From the NCBI GenBank assembly GCA_036339465.1, contig JAYZAY010000061.1:1-64000 (forward strand): a stretch of 64,000 nucleotides of DNA, in the 5' to 3' direction. Shown here one piece after another: positions 10,495 to 21,330 of this stretch. The notes beneath the pieces are model-generated. The model was given only the letters and a program-made list of their open reading frames with translations, had not been told where the DNA came from and did no database searches. The position numbers and the translations under genes are program-made. Numbering within the stretch: the first letter of the stretch is position 1; each line of letters opens with the position of its first letter. This DNA is from Myxococcota bacterium. GTDB lineage: Bacteria; Myxococcota; XYA12-FULL-58-9; JABJBS01.

Positions 10495-11981
10495 GTCCAT
10501 CCTCCACCCAAACAAAGTGTTGAAGAATGCTCGACTTCAAGCCTCTTCATACTCCCTTGGTCCGCCTCATGGTAGAAGCCAAAGAGTAGATTGCAAACGA
10601 GTTCATCGCGAAACCATTGGCTACCACGATGATCCGAAAGAGGCTTAAACTCATGGCGCAAATGTTTTAGGGCTCCCGTGAAAGTTTCTTCCGACCAAAG
10701 ATTGCCCACCAGATAATTTTCCGTGTGGACAGCTCTCACTGGCGTTGCAGCAACGCCACCATAGGCAAGGCGGGCTCGGGTAATGACGCCTGAATCATCC
10801 AGCTCCACTGCAAATGCCGCTGCAACCACACTGATATCCAGTTCCCTTCGTCTGGAAACCTTATAAGCCCCCTCTCGAGTCAAACCAGAAGGGAGCTTAA
10901 ATTCAATACCCGCAAGAACTTCGTCGGCCCGAAGAGCGGTTTTTCTATAGCCTTCAAAAAAGTCGTTCGCAAAAACCCTACGTTCCCCTCCCACAGATAC
11001 AAGTACCAATTGGGCATCCAAAGCCAAAAGTACCGGTGGCAAATCTCCAATGGGGGATGCGTTACATAGGTTGCCGCCGATGGTACCGCGGTGCTTGATC
11101 TGTCGCGCTCCAAAATAACGCAACATTCGCCCAAAAAGAGGTGAGATAGCCCCCAATTCGGATTCCAGATCCGCCAACGAAGTGCTGGCCCCCACCCATA
11201 CACTGTCCTCTTCAACACAAACTCCACGCAAAGAAGCAACATTTTCCAATGAAATTAACTTGGGCAAGACCTCATTGAGTTTTGTAATTCGCAACGACAG
11301 ATCGGTTCCCCCTGCGATCAACAGTGCATCCAAATGCTTGGCCCTAAGCTCCAAGAGTTCCGGCAAATCGCTCGGCGAAGCAAAATAGTTACCACCAACA
11401 TCCGAAAATTCAACGCGAGAAACTTCTTCGGGAAAGCAATAGCAGGCGCTAAGCTTCACCAACTCTTCGGAAGATGCGGCTCCAGCAACCAATTTTAGTG
11501 AATCCCGAATTGGGCGATACCCCGTGCAACGACAGAGATTTCCACACATCTGGTCATCGAGTTGCCATTCGGAACTTAAGTCCGTACGGAAATAGGCTTC
11601 AAAAAGGGACATGACCACCCCCGGAGTACAATAGCCACATTGCGAACCGAGATTCGCCACCACCGCCTCCTGAACTGGATGGAGACCGGCATTGGCCAAT
11701 CCTTCCACAGTAATCACATGCTTACCATGCAACATCGGCAACAATAGCAAACATGAGTTCACTGCCCGTATCTTCAATTTCTTTGAAGCCATACAAGGCT
11801 CTAAGATAACCACCGTGCAAGCTCCACAATCTCCCTCGGCACAACCTTCCTTAGTACCCGTTAGATTTGCCTGATAGCGCAAGAATTCTAAGAGTGTTTG
11901 ATTGGTTGAGACCTCGCGAGAGACCTCATACCATTCACCATTAATACCCAATCGGAACGTTGTTTCTGAAGCATTCACCAT
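10491..11981 (-). CDS. xdhA: Xanthine dehydrogenase small subunit (2x[2Fe-2S] + FAD)
   Basis: GTKEGCAEGDCGAC, QCGYCTPG, GNLCRCTGY, GGTDL, GGNLCNASPIGD. Start set at ATG 11981 (AGGTG RBS). Confidence 0.93.
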   Translation of the reverse strand: MVNASETTFRLGINGEWYEVSREVSTNQTLLEFLRYQANLTGTKEGCAEGDCGACTVVILEPCMASKKLKIRAVNSCLLLLPMLHGKHVITVEGLANAGLHPVQEAVVANLGSQCGYCTPGVVMSLFEAYFRTDLSSEWQLDDQMCGNLCRCTGYRPIRDSLKLVAGAASSEELVKLSACYCFPEEVSRVEFSDVGGNYFASPSDLPELLELRAKHLDALLIAGGTDLSLRITKLNEVLPKLISLENVASLRGVCVEEDSVWVGASTSLADLESELGAISPLFGRMLRYFGARQIKHRGTIGGNLCNASPIGDLPPVLLALDAQLVLVSVGGERRVFANDFFEGYRKTALRADEVLAGIEFKLPSGLTREGAYKVSRRRELDISVVAAAFAVELDDSGVITRARLAYGGVAATPVRAVHTENYLVGNLWSEETFTGALKHLRHEFKPLSDHRGSQWFRDELVCNLLFGFYHEADQGSMKRLEVEHSSTLCLGGGWT

Positions 11982-12015
11982 CAAATCACCTAAATATTCC
12001 AGATATTCAATTATT

Positions 12016-12091
12016 GGCCCACCGGTGGGGCCGAGCAGTCTACTGCCATAAACACATATGTTCAAGGCATCGGTGGTAGACATGACCCCAC
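12016..12091 (-). promoter_or_regulatory. Candidate structured cis-regulatory RNA in the xdhA leader
   Basis: Nested stems on the minus strand: GTGGGGTC/GGCCCCAC, GTCTAC/GTAGAC, TGCC-T-TGAACA(TATG)TGTTTA-T-GGCA. A competing hairpin GGCCCCACCGGTGGGCC overlaps the outer stem. Confidence 0.4.
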
Positions 12092-12185
12092 ACCTAGCCA
12101 CAATCACCCATCCCCAAAATAGGATTGCAGTAACTGTCCAAGCTATGGTTAGATTTAGATGAACACTGCTCTCAAAGGGAATCCA

Positions 12186-13073
12186 TTGGAATTTTTTGTA
12201 AAGATATGGGGCACCCGGGGCTCCATCCCCACCCCAGGATACGCAACCCAGCGATATGGGGGAAACACCACCTGCGTGGCAATACAGATCGGTGACCAAT
12301 TGATTATCTGCGACGCTGGAACCGGGATCAGAGAGCTCGGTTTGGATATCATGAAAAGAAATGCCGGCCCCGTAAACGGTCATTGGCTTTTTAGCCACAC
12401 CCATTGGGACCATATTCAAGGTTTCCCATTTTTTACCCCAGCCTACATCCCTGGCAATACCTTCACCGTTTATGGACTAAACCAGGGCGATCAAAAAGCA
12501 TACAGCATACTTTCAGGTCAAATGTCATCCGCTTATTTTCCCGTAAAATTTTGCGACCTAGCCTCCAATATCGTCAGTAATGATCTGGAGACGTGCAAGG
12601 GAATGTTTGGAGACGTCAAAGTATCCTGGTTCAGCCAACACCACGAAGGTGGAAGTTATGCTTACTCCTTTGAATATAACGGACTAAAATTCGTTTTCTC
12701 AACGGATAATGAAGTGGATTTAGGCTTTGAGGATCCGGAGGAAATTCAAGGCAATCTTAACAAGATGCGCCCCGTTGAGCCTGCCTATCTCGATTTCATT
12801 CGAGATGCCGATCTTCTCATAGCAGATGGGCAATATACTGAGGAAGAATATCCCACCAAAATAACTTGGGGGCACCCAAGAGCCACCACACTGGTGGATG
12901 CCAGCATCCAAGCGAATGTGAAAAAATTGGCCATCACCCATCACGATCCCATGCACACCGATAGAGCGGTCGATGAAAAAATCGCGGCTTGCACCGATAG
13001 ACTAAAGAGATTTCGGGGAGATACCCAAGTATTTGCCGCAAGAGAAGGCCTGGAACTGAAGCTCGAGCCCTAG
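12186..13073 (+). CDS. MBL-fold metallo-hydrolase (phosphodiesterase-like)
   Basis: WGTRGSIP, YGGNTTC, DAGTG, SHTHWDHIQG (HxHxDH), WGH, THHDP. Start is TTG 12186 or ATG 12159. Confidence 0.88.
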   Translation: MEFFVKIWGTRGSIPTPGYATQRYGGNTTCVAIQIGDQLIICDAGTGIRELGLDIMKRNAGPVNGHWLFSHTHWDHIQGFPFFTPAYIPGNTFTVYGLNQGDQKAYSILSGQMSSAYFPVKFCDLASNIVSNDLETCKGMFGDVKVSWFSQHHEGGSYAYSFEYNGLKFVFSTDNEVDLGFEDPEEIQGNLNKMRPVEPAYLDFIRDADLLIADGQYTEEEYPTKITWGHPRATTLVDASIQANVKKLAITHHDPMHTDRAVDEKIAACTDRLKRFRGDTQVFAAREGLELKLEP

Positions 13074-13502
13074 CCCCTCACTCACGTAACCCCGGTCGGT
13101 TTTGCAAACTCCCTTTGGCATACCAGCTCCACCGCAGGTCGGGAGCCTGGCTCGTCGGTATTATGCTGACTGACCAACCGATCCGGGACTGGGACTGGAA
13201 TCGAGGAACGGCTCACACATGAAAGACTGCGCCATCCAGCCATCGAGAAAAACACGCGAAAACCGAAGAGCATCCCCAATCAATCATGCCAAAGACACCA
13301 GAAGGCCAGGTTCTAAGCACCAAGCTAGCTTATTTTCCCACGATTTCGTATGGAGCTTTAGAGCTCATGCCCAAAAGGCGATGGAGCCCCATTTTCGTGT
13401 GCTCAGTCATCTTCGTTGCAGTCATCTTTGTTTGAAAACGCAAGATCGGAGAAAACGGGCATGCTTCTGGTTTCGAATCAGTTCTTTTAAGAAAGGCTTG
13501 CG

Positions 13503-15377
13503 ATGACATCTCTAGGAGCAACCAAAGAAAATTCTCATACAATACGAAACGAATGGGAAGCCCTGCTAGAGCAACAAGGCGCTCGATACCCAAAAAATCT
13601 ATTTACTCGAGATGAGATAGAACAGTCGCCACTTGCCTGGAAATGCGACCGAAACCAAGCTCTAAATCAGGCATCACGACTTCACCATAGCCAACGGACC
13701 CAAATTTACCGTTTCGCCATACGACAACATTATTGGCGCGGAAATCTCACCGAAATCAATCAACAACTACGCACAGATTTGGCCGGAGGGCTGGGGCAAG
13801 CTTCACTCTTTATAAAATCGAAAAATCATCCGCAACATCGAGGCATCTCCGTCTCCACCATGGAAGACTTCGAAACACTCACAAAGGACATTTGGCTAGA
13901 CGCTGCTCCCCTTACCCTCCACGGCAACGCCCTCACTGGCGATTTTCCATTGCAAACCATGGAGTTTTTGTCTCAAAAGAGCATCCCCCTTGAACAACAG
14001 CTGGTGTCATTTGGTTTCGACCCCATGAGCCTATTGTTTTCTCAGGATATCGAAGAACAAAAACTAGAAGAGATCTACAAAAATCTACACCAAATCACCG
14101 GTGGCTTTATCGCAGAAAAGATGCTGGGCACCACCATGGCCATTGAAAGTCATGCCTACGCACTACGCGGTGCCAATCGCAGCCAAGAAATTGCCATCGT
14201 TGTAGCCACCGCAATTGAAAACCTAAGAAATCTTGAAAAAGCTGGTACCGCCCCAGAAAATGCAATCCAGAAAATAGCCATCCACCTAACGAGTGATTCT
14301 GAAATATTTCTCAACCTCAGTAAATTTCGTGCCCTATATCTGCTTTGGGAATTAATTCAGCAAGAGTTGGGCGTGGAAATGACGCTACCGAAAGTCCACT
14401 GTGAACCCGACCCACGAATACTGACCCTCTATGCTCCCTGGGTCAATCATCTTCGGAGCATGAACTCGGCCATTGCGGGTATGTTCGCAGGAGCGGAATC
14501 GGTGACGATACTTCCCTACAATTGTCTATCCAGTGCAATGGACCCCCATGCCCATCGAGTCGCTCGGCAAGCAGGCATTATCCTCGAACAAGAGAGTCAC
14601 CTATCGTGGGTACAAGATCCTGCCGGAGGCTCCTATTTTGTAGAAAGCGTTACCAAAAAACTCGCAGAACAAGCGTGGCTTCTATTCCAAAAAATAGAAA
14701 GATCCGGCGGACTCAAAGAATACATCACCACCGGGGCATTGGACAAAGAGCTCAAAAGCAGCCAAAATGACCGGCTCCTCGCCCTCGAGAAGAGAAGCAT
14801 TCCCATTACCGGTACCAGCCAATTCCCCAATCTGCACGATGACGAGGCACTTGCCAATATCACTGCCGATTTATTACCCACCGAAAATTACCCACTCCTT
14901 CTCTCTGAGCCTAATAGCACAATACCACTGAGAGACGGCGAATGTTTCGAGTATTATAGAAGAAAGCGACTCAATTACCTCCAAAGAGGACTCCCCCTAC
15001 CAACGATTTTCCTGGCCACTCTCGGGCCCCTATCCGCCCATATCCACCGGCTCAATTTCACCCAAAATTTTTTGGCCGCCGCCGGAATTGATGCCCTTGT
15101 TGGCCCCGAAGAAAACGACATAGATATTGCAATAAACGCCTTTCGAAAATCCAAATTGAAGTGTGTTTTCCTTTGTGGAAGCGATGAAGGATACGAAACA
15201 CACGGTGAGATATTGGCCCAAAAATTACGCCATGCTAGAGCAGAAAAGATCATCCTCGCAGGAAAACCAAAGATGTTTCCAAAGCCCGAGAAGCTTTTCG
15301 ACCAATGGATTTTTCATGGCTGTAACACCAGAGCAATCTACCAATCAATTTGGTCAACTCTTGAGGCCCCATTATGA
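13503..15377 (+). CDS. mutA: Methylmalonyl-CoA mutase small (beta) subunit
   Basis: [28 protein letters not shown], degenerate B12 domain LCGSDEGY; overlaps the large-subunit start. Confidence 0.85.
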   Translation: MTSLGATKENSHTIRNEWEALLEQQGARYPKNLFTRDEIEQSPLAWKCDRNQALNQASRLHHSQRTQIYRFAIRQHYWRGNLTEINQQLRTDLAGGLGQASLFIKSKNHPQHRGISVSTMEDFETLTKDIWLDAAPLTLHGNALTGDFPLQTMEFLSQKSIPLEQQLVSFGFDPMSLLFSQDIEEQKLEEIYKNLHQITGGFIAEKMLGTTMAIESHAYALRGANRSQEIAIVVATAIENLRNLEKAGTAPENAIQKIAIHLTSDSEIFLNLSKFRALYLLWELIQQELGVEMTLPKVHCEPDPRILTLYAPWVNHLRSMNSAIAGMFAGAESVTILPYNCLSSAMDPHAHRVARQAGIILEQESHLSWVQDPAGGSYFVESVTKKLAEQAWLLFQKIERSGGLKEYITTGALDKELKSSQNDRLLALEKRSIPITGTSQFPNLHDDEALANITADLLPTENYPLLLSEPNSTIPLRDGECFEYYRRKRLNYLQRGLPLPTIFLATLGPLSAHIHRLNFTQNFLAAAGIDALVGPEENDIDIAINAFRKSKLKCVFLCGSDEGYETHGEILAQKLRHARAEKIILAGKPKMFPKPEKLFDQWIFHGCNTRAIYQSIWSTLEAPL

Positions 15378-17530
15378 GCCAAATTCCAAACTTCGCAGAC
15401 ACACCATTCCAAATACCTTCGGAGCACGGTGTAACAAAATCTAACGCCGCAGAATCTAAATCGACCCCCGAAGGCCTTTCTATCAAGAGAACCTATCACC
15501 AAGAAGACATACATGGCTTGTCACAATTAGACACTGCCCCAGGGCTCGCTCCGTTTCTTCGGGGCCCCTACTCTACCATGTACGTGGGACGTCCTTGGAC
15601 CATCCGACAATATGCGGGGTTTTCCACAGCAGAAGACTCCAATGCCTTTTACCGAAAAAATCTCGCGGCAGGACAAAAAGGATTGAGTATTGCCTTCGAT
15701 CTAGCAACCCATCGAGGTTACGACTCTGACCATCCTAGGGTCCGCGGGGACGTGGGCATGGCTGGTGTCGCGGTGGATAGCATTGAAGACATGCGGGTCC
15801 TTTTCCACAAAATACCACTCGACCAAATGAGCGTTTCCATGACCATGAATGGTGCGGTTCTCCCCATTTTGGCTCTCTACATCGTGGCCGCAGAAGAACA
15901 AGGGGTCAAAAAAAATAAGCTCATGGGAACCATTCAAAATGATATTCTCAAGGAATTTATGGTTCGTAATACCTATATCTACCCCCCTACACCGAGCATG
16001 AGAATCATCGCCGACATTTTCGCCTACACAAGTCGCGAAATGCCCAAATTTAATAGCATCAGTATCAGCGGTTACCATATGCAAGAAGCCGGAGCGACCG
16101 CTGATCTAGAGCTTGCTTACACGTTAGCTGACGGTATCGAATACGTGCGCGCTGGTGTGGCCGCCGGACTTTCCGTTGACGACTTCTGTCCTCGTCTCTC
16201 ATTTTTCTGGGCCATCGGCATGAATTATTTCATGGAAGTGGCAAAATTAAGAGCAGCCCGCTTACTTTGGAGTCAATTGATATCCAAATTCAATCCAACA
16301 AATCCTAAGAGCCAATGTTTGCGAACCCATAGCCAAACGTCTGGCTGGTCTTTGACCGCTCAGGACGTTTACAACAATGTCTCACGAACCAGTATCGAAG
16401 CTTTGGCCGCAACCCATGGCCATACCCAAAGCCTGCATACCAACTCCTTCGACGAAGCGCTCGCCCTCCCCACAGATTTTTCTGCCCGAATAGCGCGCGA
16501 TACCCAGCTATTCATTCAACAGGAAACAGATACCTGCAAAACCATCGATCCCTGGGGCGGGAGCTATTACGTCGAATGCCTTACTCACGAATTGGCAGCG
16601 GCAGCGATAAAACACATTGATGAAATCGAAAACCTCGGTGGAATGGCGACAGCAATCGGTGAAGGCGTTCCCAAACTGAGGATAGAAGAAGCAGCGGCGC
16701 GCACCCAAGCGAGAATAGATTCCGGTCAGCAAACCGTTGTTGGCATCAACTCCTTTATCCCAAAAGAAGAAGAGAACATTGAGGTCTTAAAGGTAGAAAA
16801 CGCAAAAGTTCTCGAAGCGCAATTGGGCCGGTTGACGAGACTTAAAGAAACTCGAAACAATACCGCAGTCAAGACTCGACTCAACGAATTAGCGGAAGCA
16901 GCCAGTCGACAAATGGGTAACCTTTTAGATATTGCGGTACAAAGTGCTGCCGCTGGAGCGACCGTGGGCGAAATTAGTTTCGCACTCGAAAAGGTATTTG
17001 ACCGCCATAAAGCCACCATCAAAACCGTCCAAGGCGTTTATCTAGAAACCTTTCAAGACCGAGACAATCACATGGACACCATTCAAGAACGAGTCAAATC
17101 GTTCGAAGCTCAAGAAGGAAGACGGCCCCGAATATTATTGGCTAAAATGGGTCAAGACGGCCATGACAGAGGCCAAAAAGTTATCGCCAGCGCATTTGCA
17201 GACATGGGCTTCGACGTCGATATTGGGCCTCTTTTCCAAACCCCAGACGAAACAGCAAAACAAGCTGTCGAAAACGACGTCCACGTCGTGGGGGTGTCAT
17301 CCCTAGCCGCGGGTCACCTCACACTGGTGCCCGAGCTACGAGCATCACTGCAAAACTTGGGGCGCTCTAATATATTGATCGTGGTAGGAGGTGTCATCCC
17401 ACCTCAAGACCATGACGCCCTATATGAAGCTGGGGCAGCCGCAATTTTCGGACCAGGAACGGTCATTCCAAAGGCAGCCCTAAAATTGATGGACCAACTC
17501 ACCCAAGAGCTGGGACACGGAGCACCATAG
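15374..17530 (+). CDS. mutB: Methylmalonyl-CoA mutase large (catalytic) subunit
   Basis: [27 protein letters not shown]12 motif GQDGHDRG...SSLAAGH. Confidence 0.96.
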   Translation: MSQIPNFADTPFQIPSEHGVTKSNAAESKSTPEGLSIKRTYHQEDIHGLSQLDTAPGLAPFLRGPYSTMYVGRPWTIRQYAGFSTAEDSNAFYRKNLAAGQKGLSIAFDLATHRGYDSDHPRVRGDVGMAGVAVDSIEDMRVLFHKIPLDQMSVSMTMNGAVLPILALYIVAAEEQGVKKNKLMGTIQNDILKEFMVRNTYIYPPTPSMRIIADIFAYTSREMPKFNSISISGYHMQEAGATADLELAYTLADGIEYVRAGVAAGLSVDDFCPRLSFFWAIGMNYFMEVAKLRAARLLWSQLISKFNPTNPKSQCLRTHSQTSGWSLTAQDVYNNVSRTSIEALAATHGHTQSLHTNSFDEALALPTDFSARIARDTQLFIQQETDTCKTIDPWGGSYYVECLTHELAAAAIKHIDEIENLGGMATAIGEGVPKLRIEEAAARTQARIDSGQQTVVGINSFIPKEEENIEVLKVENAKVLEAQLGRLTRLKETRNNTAVKTRLNELAEAASRQMGNLLDIAVQSAAAGATVGEISFALEKVFDRHKATIKTVQGVYLETFQDRDNHMDTIQERVKSFEAQEGRRPRILLAKMGQDGHDRGQKVIASAFADMGFDVDIGPLFQTPDETAKQAVENDVHVVGVSSLAAGHLTLVPELRASLQNLGRSNILIVVGGVIPPQDHDALYEAGAAAIFGPGTVIPKAALKLMDQLTQELGHGAP

Positions 17531-17532
17531 AA

Positions 17533-18525
17533 ATGGCTACTCGTCCTAAAATGACCATCGACGATTTCTACAACGGTATCATTCAAGGTGAAAGAGCAAT
17601 TCTAGCTCAAGCAATCACTCTTATGGAATCGAAAAAACCGTCCGACCGCCCCTTGGCAGAAGCCTTATTAGCTCGAATACTACCCCACACCGGTAACTCA
17701 ATTCGAGTTGGCTTAAGTGGGATCCCAGGATCCGGGAAAAGCACACTTATAGAAAGTCTAGGGAATCACATCGTTAGCTCCGGGAAAAAACTGGCCGTCC
17801 TCGCTGTAGATCCATCAAGTACATTATCTGGCGGAAGTATCCTCGGTGACAAAACAAGAATGGAAACATTGAGCACTCAAAACAATGCCTTTATCCGCCC
17901 ATCGCCCACCGCCGGCTCGCTCGGTGGTGTCGCCGCACGCACAAGAGAAGCAATGCTCTGCTGTGAAGCTGCCGGATATAATATCGTCATAATAGAGACC
18001 GTGGGGGTCGGACAGTCAGAAGTTCTGGTCGCTGACATGACCGACATTTTCATCGTGCTCACAGTGGCTGGAACGGGCGATGACCTTCAAGGTATCAAGC
18101 GTGGGCTCATGGAGCTAGCAAATTTGGTATTGGTCAACAAGGCGGACGGCAACAATCAAACGAGAAGTGAACAAACCGCACGCTCTCTCAAGTCGCTCTT
18201 CCATATCATCCGACCAGGAAACGGACTCCCTGTTCCCAAAGTCATCACCTGTAGTGCTCTTCAGAATTCCGGAATTCAAACAATTTGGACCGGCATTCAA
18301 GGATATATAGACGGCCAAAAAAGCTCGGCTCAATTCGCGAACAGTAGGAAAGAGCAACAGGTTCGTTGGTTTTGGGCCGCCCTTGAAGACACCCTCAAAA
18401 ATCGTCTCCTCCACACTCCCACCTACGCCAATTCACTCAAAGAGTTCGAAAATGGAGTCCGAAACAATACGCTTGCTCCGACGGCAGCAGCCACCAAACT
18501 CATCGACGAACTTTTTAAGCGCTGA
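17533..18525 (+). CDS. meaB: Methylmalonyl-CoA mutase-associated GTPase MeaB
   Basis: GIPGSGKS, AVDPSS..SGGSILGDKTRM, ETVGVGQSE, NKAD. Confidence 0.95.
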   Translation: MATRPKMTIDDFYNGIIQGERAILAQAITLMESKKPSDRPLAEALLARILPHTGNSIRVGLSGIPGSGKSTLIESLGNHIVSSGKKLAVLAVDPSSTLSGGSILGDKTRMETLSTQNNAFIRPSPTAGSLGGVAARTREAMLCCEAAGYNIVIIETVGVGQSEVLVADMTDIFIVLTVAGTGDDLQGIKRGLMELANLVLVNKADGNNQTRSEQTARSLKSLFHIIRPGNGLPVPKVITCSALQNSGIQTIWTGIQGYIDGQKSSAQFANSRKEQQVRWFWAALEDTLKNRLLHTPTYANSLKEFENGVRNNTLAPTAAATKLIDELFKR

Positions 18526-18526
18526 T

Positions 18527-19273
18527 ATGTCACGGCCACCGAACATCGATCCCAGCTCATTTAAGCTAGAACTCAATATAATTGGGTTTCTCTCTCGAAG
18601 CTCATTCAAGGAAAAATTTGGGACACCGAGGCAGTCCGGCTTAGTGCAAGAAGCAACAGCAACTCTGTCTCTAAATCCTGAATTCGCCGATCCCAATTTC
18701 GTGCGTGGGCTGGATCAGTATAGCCATCTCTGGCTGATTGGCTGCTTCCATCAAAATATTAACCACGGCTGGAAACCGACTGTCAGACCGCCACGTTTGG
18801 ACGGAAACACTAGGATGGGTGTTTTCGCCACGCGTTCCAGTTTTCGACCAAACGGCTTGAGTCTCTCTGTGGTAAAACTAGAAGAGATTTGTAAGACTGG
18901 AGGTTGCCTGGAGCTTGAAATAAGTGGCATCGACCTCATTGAAGGCACCCCAATTTACGATATCAAGCCCTATATCCCCTATGCAGACGCTTATCCTGAT
19001 GCGTTAGCCCCCTGGCTTCAAGAAAACCCCTTCGAAATCATTGAAATTGACTGGAAACCGACTGCCAAACAATCTCTCCAAACCCTAAAACCGCGCTCTG
19101 CTGAAAGGATTTCCACACTCATTAGGAAAGTTATTGCCCAAGATCCTCGTCCCGCGAGCCAACGGAGTAACCAAACCAAAAAATCCTTTGGTATTCTTCT
19201 CGAAGACCTGAACATCAGCTTTCAAGTGCAAGAACAAAGAGCAACGATTTTATCAATAGAATTAGTACGTTAA
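18527..19273 (+). CDS. trmO: tRNA t6A37 N6-methyltransferase TrmO (TsaA)
   Basis: KFGTPRQSG, TVRPPRL.GN.RMGVFATRSSFRPN, GTPIYDIKPY, QDPRP; ATG 18527 immediately after meaB. Confidence 0.92.
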   Translation: MSRPPNIDPSSFKLELNIIGFLSRSSFKEKFGTPRQSGLVQEATATLSLNPEFADPNFVRGLDQYSHLWLIGCFHQNINHGWKPTVRPPRLDGNTRMGVFATRSSFRPNGLSLSVVKLEEICKTGGCLELEISGIDLIEGTPIYDIKPYIPYADAYPDALAPWLQENPFEIIEIDWKPTAKQSLQTLKPRSAERISTLIRKVIAQDPRPASQRSNQTKKSFGILLEDLNISFQVQEQRATILSIELVR

Positions 19274-19378
19274 GTATCAATATCCAGGGGACCGCCAATG
19301 CGTCCCTCGATTCATATTTGAGCTTGCGCAAAATGACGGCCTAGAGTAGATCCTAGATATTGAGCAAAAGGCCTTATC

Positions 19379-20872
19379 ATGTGTGGAATCGTCGGAATTG
19401 CAGGCTACGGCCCTGTTAGTTTGCGTATCTATGACGCCTTGACCGTACTCCAGCACCGGGGACAAGACGCTGCAGGCATTGCCACAGCTGATGGCAGTCG
19501 GCTTATCACTCGCAAGGATAATGGACTGGTTAAGGATGTTTTTCGGTCCCGGCATATGAACGAGCTTTCAGGGACCCTTGGAATTGGGCACGTAAGGTAT
19601 CCCACAGCGGGAACTTCGAGCCAAGCAGAGGCACAACCTTTCGAAGTGCGGCTCCCGGCTCCAATCGCCTTAGGCCACAATGGTAATCTAACAAATACCG
19701 CAGAACTAAGAGTAGAACTCCAAGACGAAGGAGTCTCCTTAAACACCAGCTCTGACTCAGAGATATTGTTACATATTTTCGACCGAGCATTTCGAGCAAG
19801 CGAGCACAAAGACCAACTTGAGTGTATTTTTGATGCAGTGGGCACGGTCCACCAAAAATGCCATGGTGCTTATGCCGTCGTCGCAGTCATCCCCAATATC
19901 GGGCTGGTAGCCTTTAGGGATCCCAACGGTATCCGCCCAATGATTTATGGAACTCGCAGGACTGACAAGGGCGAAACCGAAGTCATGGTTTCATCAGAAA
20001 GTGTGGCCTTGGACGTTTTGGATTTTGAAATCATACGCGACATCGACGCCAGTGAGGCCTTAATCGTCACCAATAATCTCGAAATAATTACGCGCAAACT
20101 GAATCCTCAAGCGTGTGTTCACCCATGTCTTTTTGAGCTGGTTTATATGGCTCGCCCTGATTCAGTAATAGACCGGATTTCGGTCTATAAATCGCGCCTT
20201 CGAATGGGAGACCGACTCGCGCACCAAATCCTACAGGACTGGCCAGAACATGACATCGATGTCGTTATTCCCATTCCCGATACGAGCCGAAGCTCAGCCA
20301 TTCAAATGGCACACCATCTAAATGTGAAATATCGCGAAGGATTCATCAAGAATCGCTATATAGGACGAACTTTCATCATGCCTGGTCAAGAACTTCGAAA
20401 AAAGTCTGTCCGAAAAAAACTCAATCCCATTGATTTAGAGTTTCGGGATAAGAATGTGCTTCTTGTCGATGATTCAATTGTTCGGGGAACCACCTGTCAG
20501 CAAATTATCCAAATGGCCCGTGATGCCGGTGCCAAGAAAGTCTATTTGGCCTCAGCTGCTCCTGCTGTTCGGTATCCGAATGTTTATGGCATTGATATGC
20601 CATCGGCTTCTGAACTGATCGCTCATAATAGGTCAACCGAAGAAATATGCGAGGAGCTCGGTGCAGATAGGCTTTTTTATCAAGACCTCAAGGATTTAGT
20701 CCTCTGTGCGAAAGACGGAAATCCCAAATTAGAACAATTCGAGGATTCGGTATTCTCTGGTAACTATGTCACGGGTGATGTTACAAGATCATACTTAAAC
20801 CGACTGGAGGCAGCCAGAAATGATGTCGCCAAGGCAGCAAAAAACCAACCCTACGAAACTCAACTCGCATAA
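19379..20872 (+). CDS. purF: Amidophosphoribosyltransferase
   Basis: N-terminal MCGIVG, LQHRGQDAAG, GHVRYPT, PRPP motif VDDSIVRGTT. Confidence 0.97.
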   Translation: MCGIVGIAGYGPVSLRIYDALTVLQHRGQDAAGIATADGSRLITRKDNGLVKDVFRSRHMNELSGTLGIGHVRYPTAGTSSQAEAQPFEVRLPAPIALGHNGNLTNTAELRVELQDEGVSLNTSSDSEILLHIFDRAFRASEHKDQLECIFDAVGTVHQKCHGAYAVVAVIPNIGLVAFRDPNGIRPMIYGTRRTDKGETEVMVSSESVALDVLDFEIIRDIDASEALIVTNNLEIITRKLNPQACVHPCLFELVYMARPDSVIDRISVYKSRLRMGDRLAHQILQDWPEHDIDVVIPIPDTSRSSAIQMAHHLNVKYREGFIKNRYIGRTFIMPGQELRKKSVRKKLNPIDLEFRDKNVLLVDDSIVRGTTCQQIIQMARDAGAKKVYLASAAPAVRYPNVYGIDMPSASELIAHNRSTEEICEELGADRLFYQDLKDLVLCAKDGNPKLEQFEDSVFSGNYVTGDVTRSYLNRLEAARNDVAKAAKNQPYETQLA

Positions 20873-20975
20873 ACTCACCGATAAAGTACGCCTACTGCCT
20901 GATTCAGAGAGGCTCGGTCCTCGAACACTCAACATGATTGGTCCATGACTGGAATGACAACCGGAGGCCCAGACC

Positions 20976-21086
20976 ATGCAAGCCGTAAATATAGCCCCGC
21001 TCTGTGACACAGAGGCGAGCCAGCAAGCCAACCATAAGCTCATCCCCAGAACCTGGGTACTGGTGTCGCACAGAAAAAATAGCTAA
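20976..21086 (+). CDS. Possible 36-aa small peptide
   Basis: GGAGG RBS upstream of ATG; MQAVNIAPLCDTEASQQANHKLIPRTWVLVSHRKNS; below the ORF-track cutoff. Confidence 0.3.
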   Translation: MQAVNIAPLCDTEASQQANHKLIPRTWVLVSHRKNS

Positions 21087-21099
21087 ACTTAAGCCAGTC

Positions 21100-21312
21100 A
21101 TGGTTAGTTTCCCGGTTGTTCAGGTTTTCGAAATAAAAGAGCTCACCGATGGTCGTTTAGGCTTTCATGGGAAGTTGCGATGTGGCTGTGAAGTTAAACG
21201 CAGGGTTGCCCAAGACAGAGCGTTCGAAATAATACCCGGCAAGTTTATGGTCGTGGGAAAATATAAATGTCCTGCCGATTGTTCCGGCGAAAAAGAGAGA
21301 GACGAAGGATGA
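21100..21312 (+). CDS. Small Cys-containing hypothetical protein (possible metal binding)
   Basis: Contains LRCGCE and YKCPADCS; fills the gap before the gcvP terminator. Start is ATG 21100 or GTG 21004. Confidence 0.5.
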   Translation: MVSFPVVQVFEIKELTDGRLGFHGKLRCGCEVKRRVAQDRAFEIIPGKFMVVGKYKCPADCSGEKERDEG

Positions 21313-21330
21313 GCTCTTCCTTCATCTCTC
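21290..21330 (-). terminator. Rho-independent terminator of gcvP
   Basis: Minus strand GAGAGATGAAGGA-loop-TCCTTCGTCTCTC followed by TCTTTTT, directly after the gcvP stop. Confidence 0.7.

Noticed and set aside
11982..12419. 146-aa N-terminal extension of XdhA in the ORF track
   Set aside because: Overlaps the opposite-strand MBL gene; homology starts at ATG 11981, which has its own RBS.
13090..13188. 6S RNA or SRP RNA identity for the rod-like structure
   Set aside because: Too short for a typical 6S RNA and lacks the SRP GNRA/AGCAG domain IV motif.
13074..13502. Cobalamin riboswitch upstream of mutAB
   Set aside because: Expected from context, but the GGGAA, GCCACTG and B12-box elements were not found in order.
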